64,000 nt of DNA from Isurus oxyrinchus. Taxonomy: Eukaryota. Positions 1-13,224 of this stretch are shown one piece after another. The stretch is taken from the NCBI GenBank assembly GCA_026770705.1, contig JANJGN010000021.1, positions 80,166,001-80,230,000 of the forward strand, written 5' to 3'. Numbering within the stretch: position 1 is the stretch's first letter; every line of letters begins with the position of its first letter. Under the pieces are notes generated by a model. That model was not told the DNA's origin. It saw only the letters and a list, made by a program, of their open reading frames with translations, and did not search any database. A program made the translations under genes and the position numbers.

Positions 1-3000
1 AGCATTGCCAGTGTTAGGGAGCCTCTGTTCCAGCACTGTCGGTGTTAGGCAGCCTCTGTTCCAGCACTGTCAATATTAGGGTGCCTCTGATCCAATACTG
101 TCAGTGTTAGGGAGCCTCTGATCCATCACTGTCAGTGTTAGGGAGCCTTTGTTCCAGCACTGAGTGTTGGACAGCCTCTGTTCCAGCACTGTCAGTGTTA
201 GGGAGCGTCTTTTCGAGCACTGTCAGTGTTAGGGAGCCTGTGTTCCAGCACTGTCAATATTAGGGAGCCTCTGATCCAACACTGTCAATGTCAGGGAGTC
301 TCTGATCCAGCACTGTCAATGTTAGGGAGCCTCTGTTCCAGCACTGTCAGTGTTAGGCAGCCTCTGTTCCAGCACTGTCAATATTAGGGAGCCTCTGTTC
401 CAGCACTGTCAATATTAGGGAGCCTCTGATCCAGCACTGTCAATGTTAGGGAGTCTCTGTTCCAGCACTGTCAGTGTTAAGGAGCCTCTGTTCCAGCACT
501 GTCAATGTTAGGGAGCCTCTGTTCCAGCACTGTCAGTGTTATGGAGCCTCTGTTCCAGCACTGTCAATGTTAGGGAGCCTCTGTTCCAGCAGTGTCAGTG
601 TTAAGGAGCCTCTGTTCCAGCACTGTGAGTGTTAGGATTCCCAGTTTCAGCACGGTGAATGTTAGGGATCCCCTGTTCCAGCACTGTCAGTGTTATGGAG
701 CCGCTGTTCCAGCACTGTCAGTATTAGGGAAATCTGTTCCAGAACCGTCAGTGTTGGGGATCCCCTGTTCCTGCTCTGTCAGTGTTAGGGATACTCTGTC
801 CAAGCACTGTCAGTGTTAGGGAGCCTCTGTTCCAGCACTGTCAGTGTTAGGGAGCCTCAGTCCCGGCACTGTGAGTGTTAGTGAGCCTCTAATCCAGCAC
901 TATCAATATTAGGGAGCCTCTATTCCAGCACTGTCAATGTTAGGGAGCTTCTGTTCCAGAACTGTCAAAATTAGGGAGCCTCTGTGCCAGTACTGTCAAT
1001 GTTAGGGAGCCTCTGTTCCAACACTGTCAGTGTTATGGAGCCTCTGTTCCAGCACTGTCAATGTTAGGGAGCCTCTGTTCCAGCACTGTCAGTGTTAAGG
1101 AGCCTCTGTTCCAGCACTGTGAGTGTTAGGGATCTCCTGTTTCAGCATGGTGAATGTTAGGGATCCCATGTTCCAGCATTGTCACTGTTATGAAGCCTCT
1201 GTTCCAGCACTGTCAGTATTAGGGCACCTCTGTTCCAGCACTGTCAGTGTTACGGAAATCTGTTCCAGCACCGTCAGTGTTGGGGATCCCCTGTTCCAGC
1301 TCTGTCAGTGTTAGGGAGCCTCTGTCCCAGCACTGTCAGTGTTAGGGAGCCTCTGTTCCAGCACTATCAGTGTTAGGGAGCCTCTGTCCCAGCACTATCA
1401 GTGTTAGGGAGCCTCTGTTCCAGCACTGTCAATATTAGTGAGCCTCTGTCCCAGCACTGTCAATGTTAGGGAGCTTCTGTTCCAGCACTGTCAATGTTAG
1501 GGAGCCTCTGTGCCAGTACTGTCAATGTTCGGGAGCCTCTGTTCCAGCACTGTCAATGTTAGGGAGCTTCTGTTGCAGCACTGTGAGTGTTAGGGATCCC
1601 CTGTTCCAGCATTGTCAATATTAGGAAGCCTCTGATCTAGCACTGTCAGTTTTAGGGATCTTCTGTTCCAGCACTGTCAATGTTAGGGAGCCTCTGTTCC
1701 AGCACTGTGAGTGTTAGGGATCCCCAGTTTCAGCACGGTGAATGTCAGTGATCCCCTGTTCCAGCACTGTCAGTGTTATGGAGCCGCTGTTCCAGCACTG
1801 TCAGTATTAGGGAGCCTCTGTTCCAGCACTGTCAGTGTTAGGGAAATCTGTTCCAGAACCGTCAGTGTTGGGGATCCCCTGTTCCAGCTCTGTCAGTGTT
1901 AGGGATACTCTGTCCAAGCACTGTCAGATTTAGGGAGCCTCTGTTCCAGCACTGTCAGTGTTAGGGTGCCTCTGTCCCAGCACTATCAGTGTTAGGGAGC
2001 CTCTGTTCCAGCACTGTCAGTGTTAGGGAGCCTCAGTGCCGGCACTGTGAGTGTTAGTGAGCCTCTGATCCAGCGCTATCAATATTAGGGAGCCTCTATT
2101 CCAGCACTGTCAATGTGAGGGAGCTTCTGTTCCAGAACTGTCAAAATTAGGGAGCCTCTGTTCCAGCACTGTCAATGTTAGGGAGCCTCTGTTCCAGCAC
2201 TGTCAGTGTTAAGGAGCCTCTGTTCCAGCACTGTGAGTGTTAGGGATCTCCTGTTGCAGCACGGTGAATGTTAGGGATCCCCTGTTCCAGCACTGTCACT
2301 GTTATGGAGCCTCTGTTCCAGCACTGTCAGTATTAGGACACCTCTGTTCCAGCAGTGTCAGTGTTACGGAAATCTGTTCCAGCACCGTCAGTGTTGGGGA
2401 TCCCCTGTTCCAGCTCTGTCAGTGTTAGGGAGCCTCTGTCCCAGCACTGTCAGTGTTAGGGAGCCTCTGTTCCAGCACTATCAGTGTTAGGGAGCCTCTG
2501 TCCCAGCACTATCAGTGTTAGGGAGCCTCTGATCCAGCACTGTCAATATTAGTGAGCCTCCGTCCCAGCACTGTCAGTGTTAGTGAGCCTCTGTTCCAGC
2601 ACTGTCAGTGTTAGGGAGCCTCTGTCCCAGCACTGTGAGTGTTAGGGAGCCTCTGATCCAGCACTGTCAATATTAGGGAGCCTCTATTCCAGCACTGTCA
2701 ATGTTAGGGAGCTTCTGTTCCAGCACTGTCAATGTTAGGGAGCCTCTGTGCCAGTACTGTCAATGTTCGGGAGCCTCTGTTGCAGCACTGTCAATGTTAG
2801 GGAGCTTCTGTTGCAGCACTGTGAGTGTTAGGGATCCCCTGTTCCAGCATTGTCAATATTAGGAAGCCTCTGATCTAGCACTGTCAGTTTTAGGGATCTT
2901 CTGTTCCAGCACTGTCAATGTTAGGGAGCCTCTGTTCCAGCACTGTGAGTGTTAGGGAGCCTCTGATCCAGCTCTGTCAGTGTTAGGAAGCCTCTGTTCT

Positions 3001-6000
3001 GGCATTGTCAGTGTTAGGGAGATACTGTTCCTGCACAGTCAGTGTTAGGGAGCCTCTCTTCCAGCACTGTGAGTGCTAGGGAACCCCTGTTCCAACACTG
3101 TCAGTGTTAGGGAGCCTCTGATCTTGCACTGTCAGTGTTAGGGAGCCTGTGTTCCAGCACTGTCAATATTAGGAAGCCTTTGATCCAGCACTGTCAGTGT
3201 TAGGGAGCTTTAGTTCCAGCATTGCCAGTGTTAGGGAGCCTCTGTTCCAGCACTGTCGGTGTTAGGCAGAATCTGTTCCAGCACTGTCAGTGTTAGGGAG
3301 CCTCTGTTCCAGTACTGTCAGTGTTAGGGAGCCTCTGTTCCAGTACTGTGAGTGTTAGGGAGCCTCTGATCCAGTTCTGTCAGTGTTAGGAATCCTCTGT
3401 TCTGGCATTGTCAGTGTTAGGGAGATTCTGTCTCAGCACTGTCAGTGTTAGGGAGCCTCTGTTCCAGCACTGCGAGTGCTAGGGCACCCCTGTTCTAGCA
3501 CTATCAGTGTTAGGGAGCCTCTGATCCAGTTCTGTCAGTGTTAGGGAGCCTCTGTTCCAGCACTGTCAATATTAGGAAGCCTTTGATCCAGCACTGTCAG
3601 TGTTAGGGAGCTTCAGTTCCAGCATTGCCAGTGTTAGGGAGCCTCTGTTCCAGCACTGTCGGTGTTAGGCAGCCTCTGTTCCAGCACTGTCAATATTAGG
3701 GTGCCTCTGATCCAATACTGTCAGTGTTAGGGAGCCTCTGATCCATCACTGTCAGTGTTAGGGAGCCTTTGTTCCAGCACTGAGTGTTGGACAGCCTCTG
3801 TTCCAGCACTGTCAGTGTTAGGGAGCGTCTTTTCGAGCGCTGTCAGTGTTAGGGAGCCTGTGTTCCAGCACTGTCAATATTAGGGAGCCTCTGATCCAAC
3901 ACTGTCAATGTCAGGGAGTCTCTGATCCAGCACTGTCAATGTTAGGGAGTCTCTGTTCCAGCACTGTCAGTGTTAAGGAGCCTCTGTTCCAGCACTGTCA
4001 ATGTTAGGGAGCCTCTGTTCCAGCACTGTCAGTGTTATGGAGCCTCTGTTCCAGCACTGTCAATGTTAGGGAGCCTCTGTTCCAGCAGTGTCAGTGTTAA
4101 GGAGCCTCTGTTCCAGCACTGTGAGTGTTAGGATTCCCAGTTTCAGCACGGTGAATGTTAGGGATCCCCTGTTCCAGCACTGTCAGTGTTATGGAGCCGC
4201 TGTTCCAGCACTGTCAGTATTAGGGAAATCTGTTCCAGAACCGTCAGTGTTGGGGATCCCCTGTTCCTGCTCTGTCAGTGTTAGGGATACTCTGTCCAAG
4301 CACTGTCAGTGTTAGGGAGCCTCTGTTCCAGCACTGTCAGTGTTAGGGAGCCTCAGTCCCGGCACTGTGAGTGTTAGTGAGCCTCTAATCCAGCACTATC
4401 AATATTAGGGAGCCTCTATTCCAGCACTGTCAATGTTAGGGAGCTTCTGTTCCAGAACTGTCAAAATTAGGGAGCCTCTGTGCCAGTACTGTCAATGTTA
4501 GGGAGCCTCTGTTCCAACACTGTCAGTGTTATGGAGCCTCTGTTCCAGCACTGTCAATGTTAGGGAGCCTCTGTTCCAGCACTGTCAGTGTTAAGGAGCC
4601 TCTGTTCCAGCACTGTGAGTGTTAGGGATCTCCTGTTTCAGCATGGTGAATGTTAGGGATCCCATGTTCCAGCATTGTCACTGTTATGGAGCCTCTGTTC
4701 CAGCACTGTCAGTATTAGGGCACCTCTGTTCCAGCACTGTCAGTGTTACGGAAATCTGTTCCAGCACCGTCAGTGTTGGGGATCCCCTGTTCCAGCTCTG
4801 TCAGTGTTAGGGAGCCTCTGTCCCAGCACTGTCAGTGTTAGGGAGCCTCTGTTCCAGCACTATCAGTGTTAGGGAGCCTCTGTCCCAGCACTATCAGTGT
4901 TAGGGAGCCTCTGTTCCAGCACTGTCAATATTAGTGAGCCTCTGTCCCAGCACTGTCAATGTTAGGGAGCTTCTGTTCCAGCACTGTCAATGTTAGGGAG
5001 CCTCTGTGCCAGTACTGTCAATGTTCGGGAGCCTCTGTTCCAGCACTGTCAATGTTAGGGAGCTTCTGTTGCAGCACTGTGAGTGTTAGGGATCCCCTGT
5101 TCCAGCATTGTCAATATTAGGAAGCCTCTGATCTAGCACTGTCAGTTTTAGGGATCTTCTGTTCCAGCACTGTCAATGTTAGGGAGCCTCTGTTCCAGCA
5201 CTGTGAGTGTTAGGGAGCCTCTGATCCAGCTCTGTCAGTGTTAGGAAGCCTCTGTTCTGGCATTGTCAGTGTTAGGGAGATTCTGTTCCTGCACTGTCAG
5301 TGTAAGGGAGTCTCTCTTCCAGCACTGTGAGTGCTAGGGAACCCCTGTTCCAACACTGTCAGTGTTAGGGAGCCTCTGATCTTGCACTGTCAGTGTTAGG
5401 GAGCCTGTGTTCCAGCACTGTCAATATAAGGAAGCCTTTGATCCAGCACTGTCAGTGTTAGGGAGCTTTAGTTCCAGCATTGCCAGTGTTAGGGAGCCTC
5501 TGTTCCAGCACTGTCGGTGTTAGGCAGAATCTGTTCCAGCACTGTCAGTGTTAGGGAGCCTCTGTTCCAGTACTGTCAGAGTTAGGGAGCCTCTGTTCCA
5601 GCACTGTGAGTGTTAGGGAGCCTCTGATCCAGTTCTGTCAGTGTTAGGAATCCTCTGTTCTGGCATTGTCAGTGTTAGGGAGATTCTGTCTCAGCACTGT
5701 CAGTGTTAGGGATCCTCTGTTCCAGCACTGCGAGTGCTAGGGCACCCCTGTTCTAGCACTGTCAGTGTTAGGGAGCCTCTGATCCAGTTCTGTCAGTGTT
5801 AGGGAGCCTCTGTTCCAGCACTGTCAATATTAGGAAGCCTTTGATCCAGCACTGTCAGTGTTAGGGAGCTTCAGTTCCAGCATCGCCAGTGTTAGGGAGT
5901 CTCTGTTCCAGCACTGTCGGTGTTAGGCAGCCTCTGTTCCAGCACTGTCAATATTAGGGTGCCTCTGATCCAATACTGTCAGTGTTAGGGAGCCTCTGAT

Positions 6001-7860
6001 CCATCACTGTCAGTGTTAGGGAGCCTTTGTTCCAGCACTGAGTGTTGGACAGCCTCTGTTCCAGCACTGTCAGTGTTAGGGAGCGTCTTTTCGAGCACTG
6101 TCAGTGTTAGGGAGCCTGTGTTCCAGCACTGTCAATATTAGGGAGCCTCTGATCCAACACTGTCAATGTCAGGGAGTCTCTGATCCAGCACTGTCAATGT
6201 TAGGGAGCCTCTGTTCCAGCACTGTCAGTGTTAGGCAGCCTCTGTTCCAGCACTGTCAATATTAGGGAGCCTCTGTTCCAGCACTGTCAATATTAGGGAG
6301 CCTCTGATCCAGCACTGTCAATGTTAGGGAGTCTCTGATCCACCACTGTCAGTGTTAGGGAGCCTCGGTTCCAGCACTGTCGGTGTTAGGCAGCCTCTGT
6401 TTCAGCACTGTCAGTGTTAGGGATACCCTGTTCCAGCACTGTTAATGTTAGGCAGCCTCTGTTCCAGCAATGTCAGTGTTAGGGAGCCTCTGTTCCAGCA
6501 CTGTCAGTGTTAGGGAGCCTCTGTTCCAGCACTGTCAATGTTAGGGAGCCTCTGTTCCAGCACTGTCAGTGTTATGGAGCCTCTGTTCCAGCACTGTCAA
6601 TGTTAGGGAGCCTCTGTTCCAGCACTGTCAGTGTTAAGGAGCCTCTGTTCCAGCACTGTGAGTGTTAGGGATCCCCAGTTTCAGCACGGTGAATGTTAGG
6701 GATCCCCTGTTCCAGCACTGTCAGTGTTATGGAGCCGCTGTTCCAGCACTGTCAGTATTAGGGAGCCTCTCTTCCAGCACTGTCAGTGTTAGGGAAATCT
6801 GTTCCAGAACCGTCAGTGTTCGGGATCCCCTGTTCCAGCTCTGTCAGTGTTAGGGATACTCTGTCCCAGCACTGTCAGTTTCAGGGAGCCTCTGTTCCAG
6901 CACTGTCAGTGTTAGGTTGCCTCTGTCCCAGCACTATCAGTGTTAGGGAGCCTCTGTTCCAGCACTGTCAGTGTTAGGGAGCCTCTGTCCCGGCACTGTG
7001 AATGTTAGGGAGCCTCTGATCCAGCACTATCAATATTAGGGAGCCTCTATTCCAGCACTGTCAATGTTAGGGAGCTTCTGTTCCAGAACTGTCAATGTTA
7101 GGAAGCCTCTGTGCCAGTACTGTCAATGTTAGGTAGCCTCTGTTGCAGCACTGTCAATGTTAGGGAGCCTCTGATCCAGTACTGTAAGTGTTAGGGAGCC
7201 TCTGTTCCAGCACTGTAAATGTTAGGGAGCTTCTGTTCCAGAACTGTAAGTGTTAGGGAGCCTCTGTTCCAGCACTGTGACGATAAGGGTCCCCATGTTA
7301 CAGCACTTGTCACTATATGGGATCCCCTGTTCCAGCACAGTCATGATAAGTGTCCCCATATTGAAGCACTGTCGGTGTTGGGAACCCTTTGCTCCAGCAC
7401 TGTCACTCTGAGGGACTCCCTGCTATGTGAGATACCCCCTGTTATAACTCTCTCTGTGTAACAGACCCTGTGTTATTGCACAGTCAGTTTAAGAGGGCTG
7501 CCGTTGCAGCACAGCAGTGTAAACGCCCCGTCCTGCCGCACTGTCGGTGTAAACACCCCCTGTTACAGCACTGTCGATGTCATGGACTCCGTGTGTTAGT
7601 GCAAGCAGTGTAAGGGATCCCATGTTACAGCACTGTCCAAGGTTCCCCTTCTTCCAGTACTTTCAGTGCAAGGGACCCTCCGTTAGATCACTGTCAATGA
7701 TAGGTACACCACCCCCCCGCCCCTCCATCCCCCCAATTACAGCACTGTCAGTGTAAGGAACCCTGTGGTACAGTACAAACAGTAAGGAATCAAATGTTGC
7801 AGCATTGCCAGTGTAAAGGACAGTGTTGAAGCACTGTCAGTGTATGGTATCTTCTGTTAC
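1..7860. repeat. Satellite A: 31-bp tandem array, consensus GTTAGGGAGCCTCTGTTCCAGCACTGTCAGT; runs off the left edge, degenerate from ~7270
   Basis: The motif GTGTTAGG recurs at 11, 42 and onward with a 31-bp period. Homogeneous to ~7270, then divergent units to ~7860. The short ORFs here are translations of the repeat. Confidence 0.97.
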
Positions 7861-8742
7861 TTTTAATGTTACAGAGCCACTATTACAGAGAGAACAGTAT
7901 CCACACACACACAGAGAAACACACTGAGAATGAGAGAGACTGAGGAGAGGAACATGCTTGGTAGTGCATTGTGTACCCAATAGTGCCGCTCAATTTTTCT
8001 CTAATGCCTTAAACAGAAACGAATTGAGTACATCTTTAATGGGAGAATGAGGCAATGCTATCTGTTTAATCTTCTCCTGAGATACAGGGACATAAGCAAT
8101 GAGGGGACAACAGCCAGAATGAAATAAACAAGAAACAACAGACCTCGGCAATTAAAAGAATAAAACAAGAAAATCAGTTGGAGAGAACCAGAAAATAGGA
8201 AACTATTTTAAAAAGAGGTAAAGTTGGTAGAAGGAATGAGACAATAAAAAGGGAAAAGCAAGAAAAACACTATTAAAAAATGGAGAAAGAGAAGGGGAGT
8301 GAATGAAGGGGATTGACTCTGGTAAACAGGGACTGTTAGACTGGAAATCCCCCTCAGTGTTGTCCCATTCACATCAGCATGACTCACTCATATCTGAACT
8401 CTTTCACTTTCAGTTGGAACAGGGTGTGGTAGCAGAGGTTCCAACCCATCAATACATGTTCACTAGAAGCAGCCACTTGCCACACATTCCAGACTATATA
8501 CACTCAACTATATTTTTCACAGTCAGTCTCTAGCATCTCTGCTGGGTCATAGTTCTGAGGTTGTGCTATTCCTTTAATTTTAGGCTGGGCACAACTTACA
8601 GGAAAAGAAGTCAGACAAAGCTGGAGAATAGAGGGTGCTTCCTCTGTTCCAAGTGCAAATCCTGGACTGGACTGGATTCTGGACAGATTTATAATGAAAC
8701 AGTCCCAGGCAACATCAGTTTAAACGAACAAACTCACACCAC

Positions 8743-8838
8743 CTGATCCCTGGCCCAAACCAACCGATCCCACTGACGATCCCCGGCCCAGACCACCCGA
8801 TTCCACTGACCGTCCCTGATCCAAACCAACTGATCTCA
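8743..8838. repeat. Short ~33-bp tandem repeat, ~3 copies
   Basis: Units resembling CTGACGATCCCCGGCCCAGACCACCCGATTCCA occur three times with mismatches. Confidence 0.6.
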
Positions 8839-8959
8839 GGATGGGGTTAAGGATAGATCTTTGAGGCACATAGGTAACAGTGTGGGAGCAGGAAGAGAAT
8901 CTGTTCCAAATGATACTGTGACTATGATTGGATAGATAAGAATGGATAAGGCAAGTGCA

Positions 8960-9160
8960 GTCCCACCCAGATGGATGACAATGAGAAGGCGTTGGAGGAG
9001 GATGGTGTGGTCAACTGTGTCAAAGGCTGCAGACAGGTCAAGAAAGATGAGGAAAGAAAATTTACCTTTGCCACAATCACTTGAATCTTATTTGCGATTT
9101 TGATAAAGAGCCTTACCAGTACTTTGGCAGAGGCGAAAACCTGATTTGAACATGGAATTC
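8960..9160 (-). mobile_element. L2-clade LINE reverse-transcriptase fragment
   Basis: The reverse complement of ~8985-9055 translates to LIFLDLSAAFDTVDHTILLQRL, an L2/CR1-type RT motif. Confidence 0.7.
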
Positions 9161-10254
9161 CGGCAAAGTTCTTCCCTCCGGCTACCCCAGCTTCTATTCA
9201 TAACCCCCAACTCTGCCCCCCCGGCTCACCTGACTCTTCCCCTGCAACTTCCCTGACTCCTCTGGTTTATCTCCCTCCCGGCCCCTCTTCCCTGCCCTAC
9301 CCCAGCTTCTCTGTCTCCTTTTTCCCAGCAAAGTCAGAAACATCAACTGCTGTTATGGACGGAGTTGTGGAGGATGCCAGATGGAAACTGAGAGATTTGG
9401 GGAGCTGTGGGAGTTGGAGAGACAGAAAGCACGAGAAGATAGGGCAGTTGGAGGAAACCAGGGGGATTTAGGGAACTTGGGGGAGGATGAGCATGCTGTG
9501 GGGATCAAGGGAGCTGGGAGAATTAGTGAGGGGTGAGAGGTGCTGCTGTTAGGGAAGTGGGTGTTCCTGGTGAGTCAGGGAGCAAAGGGGTTGGGGAGAC
9601 AGGAACGCAAATGGAGTTGGAGCAGTTGGGGAGACAGGTAGGATTTGGGAGATCACGGTAAGCTGGGATAAAACAGGGCAGCAAAGGGGTTGGAGAGCTT
9701 TAGGAGTCAGGGGAGCTGGGGGGAGTCAAAGGAGTCAGTCAGAGGAGTCAGGGTGTAAGGGAGTGGTGGGGAAGAGGAGCCCAGTAGCTTTAATACCAGA
9801 GTGACAGTCTCCAGCAGATTTTTAAACATGTTATAATAGAGTTAAAAGTATTTAAAAGTGTATAATCGTTTTAAAAAGTGACACAAATGTATTAAAATAT
9901 TTAAAATCATTAAAAATTGCCATTGAGCTGAAGACTGACCTTTGCTTGTGACATCACTAGAAGCTGTGACTTCAGGCTGATAGAGCTCACTGTGTATCCC
10001 TATGCTGGGCCCTGCTCCATCAAGAAAAGGAAGTCCACACTGCAGACTATGGACAAGTTCAGATTTTTTTGTGCAGTCAGCTATGAACTCTGATATTTCC
10101 CCACTGACAAGAACATCCAGGCCATTACCTCACACTTCTCTTCATTGAAGTTCATTTGAAATTACACAGCCATTCTGAGAGTTTTTTTTTTTAAATGTCT
10201 CCTTGTATTTTGGTACAGTCCTTCTCTGGATTAATTACACTGCCCCATTTGGCA

Positions 10255-10515
10255 TGATCTTCAAATTTTGAAATCGTATTTTTGATTTCTGAGTCCAAAT
10301 CATTAGTATGAATGGTGATTATATAGGGATCCAGCGCTGATCTTTGAGGAATACAAATTCCCATCATTTGCCAGTCTAACTACCTTTAACCTCTGTTTCC
10401 TGTTTTATAGACAGCTTTGCTATCAATATGACTTGTCCCTTGACTCCAAATGCTTGGACCTTAGTCATAAATCTGCTAAGCGGTACCTAACTGAAGGCTT
10501 TTTGGGAATCCAGAT
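10255..10515 (-). mobile_element. Old CR1 RT fragment; a similar fragment lies at ~12695-12885
   Basis: The minus strand resembles the degenerate GVPQGS.LGPL.F.IY.NDLD region. Both fragments start TCAAATTTTGAAATC...TGATTTCTGAGTCCAAATCATT. Confidence 0.55.
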
Positions 10516-10829
10516 GGAAAAAACACTGTCATTGACTGTAGTGGGAACTTCATCTTCTTGTTGCAGCAGGGCTTAGCGTCATTAGAAACAGTGAGGTCTT
10601 CCATTGTAGTGTGTTGCTAGCAAAACCACACCCTCCAGGGATGTGAGGAGCAGAAGGCACGCTTTGAGGTCAGTCTTAAGCTGCATTTTTTATGATGCTT
10701 TTAAATATTTTAAAATGGTTCTGACAATTTTTAAACCATTGTAAACTTTATACATACTTTATAAACTTTTAAAAACTTATAGACGGTGAGGAGGGGGGAA
10801 GTAAATAGGTGATTAAAGAGTAAATAAAG

Positions 10830-12692
10830 TATCTTGACTCCATTCTCTCTCCCCTTGTCCAGTCTCTTCCCACCTCTATCCACGATTCCTATGATGCCTT
10901 ACATCATATCAACAATTTCCAGTTCCCTGGCCCCAACCTTGGATGTCCAATCCCTCTACACCTCCATCCTCCACCAGGATGGTCTGAGGGCTCTTCGCTT
11001 CTCCCTTGAACAGTGGCCCGAACAATCCCCATCCACCACCACTTTCCTCCGCCTGGCTGAACTTGTTCTCTCACTTGTTTCACTTCCTCCAAATAGAAGA
11101 TGTGGCTATGGGTACCCGCATGGGCCCCAGTTATGCCTGTCCCTTTATGGGGTATGTGGAACGTTCCTGTTCCAGTCCTACTCAGGCCCCTTCCCATAAC
11201 TCTTTTTCCAGTACATCAATGACTGTTTCATGCTCTCGTCTGGACCTAGAAAAAATTATCAATTTTGCTTGCAATTTCCATCCCTCTCCCATTACAACCC
11301 CACCAACTCCCACAGCTACCTCAACTACAGCTCCTGCTTCCTATAAGGACTCCACCACAGTCTCTCAATTCCTTCACTTCTGTCGCATCTGTTCCGATGA
11401 TGTCACTTCCCAAAATGGTGCTTCTGACATGTCTTCCTTTTTCCTTAACCAAGGTTTCCCCCTCACTATGGTTGACAGGGTCCTCAATCATGTCTGACCC
11501 ATCTCCCGCACCTCTGCCCTCACCCCTTCCCCTCCCTCTCAGAACCATCACTTATCACCCCACCAGCCTCTGCATTCAAAGGATCATCCTCCACCATTTC
11601 CGCCAACTCCAGCATGATGCCACCACCAAACACATCTTCCCCTCATCCCCATGCCAGCATTTTGTTGGGACTGTTCAGTCCGTGACACTCTGGTCCACTC
11701 CTCCATCCCCAACTCCCCATCCCCTTCCCACAGCACCTTTCTATGCAATCACAGAAAGTGCAGCTCCTGCCCCTTTACTTCCTCCCTCCTGACCATCCAA
11801 GGGCCCAAAAATCCCTTTTAGGTGAAGCAGCACTTCACTTGCATCTCCTTCAATTTGGTCTATTTTTTTGCTGCTCCCAATGTGGTCTACTCTACATTGA
11901 GGAGACCAAACGTAGATGAGGTGACCACTTTGTGGAACACCTTCACTCTGTCCGCAAGCATGATCCAGACCTTCTTGTTGCCTGCTATTTCAACACCCCA
12001 CCCTGCTCTCATATCCGTCCTTGGTCTGCTGCATTGTTCCAGTGAAGCCCAGTGCAAACTGGAGGAACAGCACCTCATCTTCCGATTAGGCACTTTACAG
12101 CCTTCCAGACTTAACATTGAGTTCAACAACTTCAAACCATGAACTCTCTCGTCTATCTTCACACCTTTTAAAAAATGTATTTCTATTTTTTACTTACTTA
12201 TTGTATTATTATTCATCTATCCCTTTTTTAATCCCTTTATCTCCAATGCCCACCCCTTCCCCCAACCCCCACCCCAATCCCCCCTCACAAAGGGCCATCT
12301 GTTACTTGATCCATGTTGTTCTTTCACAGAGTGCTGACCCTTGTTTTGCTATTCACACATTCTGCTTCCTTACCTTTATGTTGCTATCAGCACCTTCTTT
12401 AGCCATTACCACTACCATTAACACTCCCTTTGTCTTGTGTCCATGACATCTTTGTCAATCTCTCCTTAACCCCACCTGTTGCTGACCTTCTATCCAGCTT
12501 CACCTGCTCCAACCCCCCTTAAATAGTATAAATTCCAACACATTTCTATTTCTCTTTAACTCTGAAGAAGAGTCATACGGACTCGAAATGTCAACTCTGT
12601 TTCTCTCTCCACAGACGCTGTCAGATCTGCTGAGTTTTTCCAGCATTTTCTGTTTTCATTTCAGATTTCTAGCATCCGCTGTATTTTGCTTC
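10830..12692 (+). mobile_element. Decayed, 5'-truncated Penelope-like element (RT, GIY-YIG remnant, 3' tail)
   Basis: Frameshifted ORF pieces (DVQSLYTSI, VAMGTRMGPSYAC, EEQHLIFRLGTLQPSRLNIEFNNF) are colinear with the intact ORF at 27844-30600. The 3' tail is homologous to 30940-31121. Confidence 0.93.
12557..12598 (+). ncRNA. Minimal type-I hammerhead ribozyme motif in the decayed Penelope tail
   Basis: CTGAAGA (12562-12568), A, stem II GAGTC/GACTC with loop ATACG, GAAA (12585-12588), then TG-TC-AACT. The core is canonical but stems I and III are mutated. Confidence 0.6.
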
Positions 12693-13116
12693 CACCTCAA
12701 ATTTTGAAATCTGATTTCTGAGTCCAAATCATTTGTGTAAATGGTGATATACAGTGGTCCAGTGCTTATCTATGAGGAGTACCGCTTCCCAATATTTGCC
12801 AATCTCAGTAATTACCTTTAACATCAGTTCTGTGGCTAGCTTGCTATCAATACTATCTGTCTCTTGACTTCACATATTCTGGTAAATCCATACTGCTAGA
12901 CAGACGTTGAAAAGGGTTTTGACCCCAGTTGGGGAAAAGGGACACAGAGTGTGGCTCCAGGCAGCTGGGATAGTCGGCCATCACGTGAGTGGGACACTGT
13001 TGAATTTCATTATCAGGCAGAAAGTTAGGAGAAAGGGCCTTACTCCAGCTTCAACATATTATTCTTGCCAATGCAATTGTCTCCATTGAATGTTGTGATT
13101 CGATCATTTAGTTGCA

Positions 13117-13220
13117 GAAATAAAAATAGAAAATGCTGGAAAAGTTCAGCAGGTCCGACAGCATCTGTGGAGAGAGAAACAGAGTTAACATTTCATGTCT
13201 GTATGATCCTTCTTCAGAGC
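13117..13220 (-). mobile_element. Solo Penelope-tail module, inverted; its other arm appears at 14658-14689 beyond the CR1 insertion
   Basis: The reverse complement matches the tail at 12560-12665, including a degenerate CTGAAGA...GAAA motif. CATTTTCTGTTTTTATTTC at 14658 is nearly complementary (one G-T mismatch) to GAAATAAAAATAGAAAATG at 13117. Confidence 0.7.
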
Positions 13221-13224
13221 ATTC

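Noticed and set aside
592-7461. Cys-rich ORFs (FQHCQC repeats) in satellite A that resemble metallothionein or zinc-binding proteins
   Set aside because: They are translations of a 31-bp non-triplet repeat with non-ATG starts and frequent stops, and there is no gene structure.
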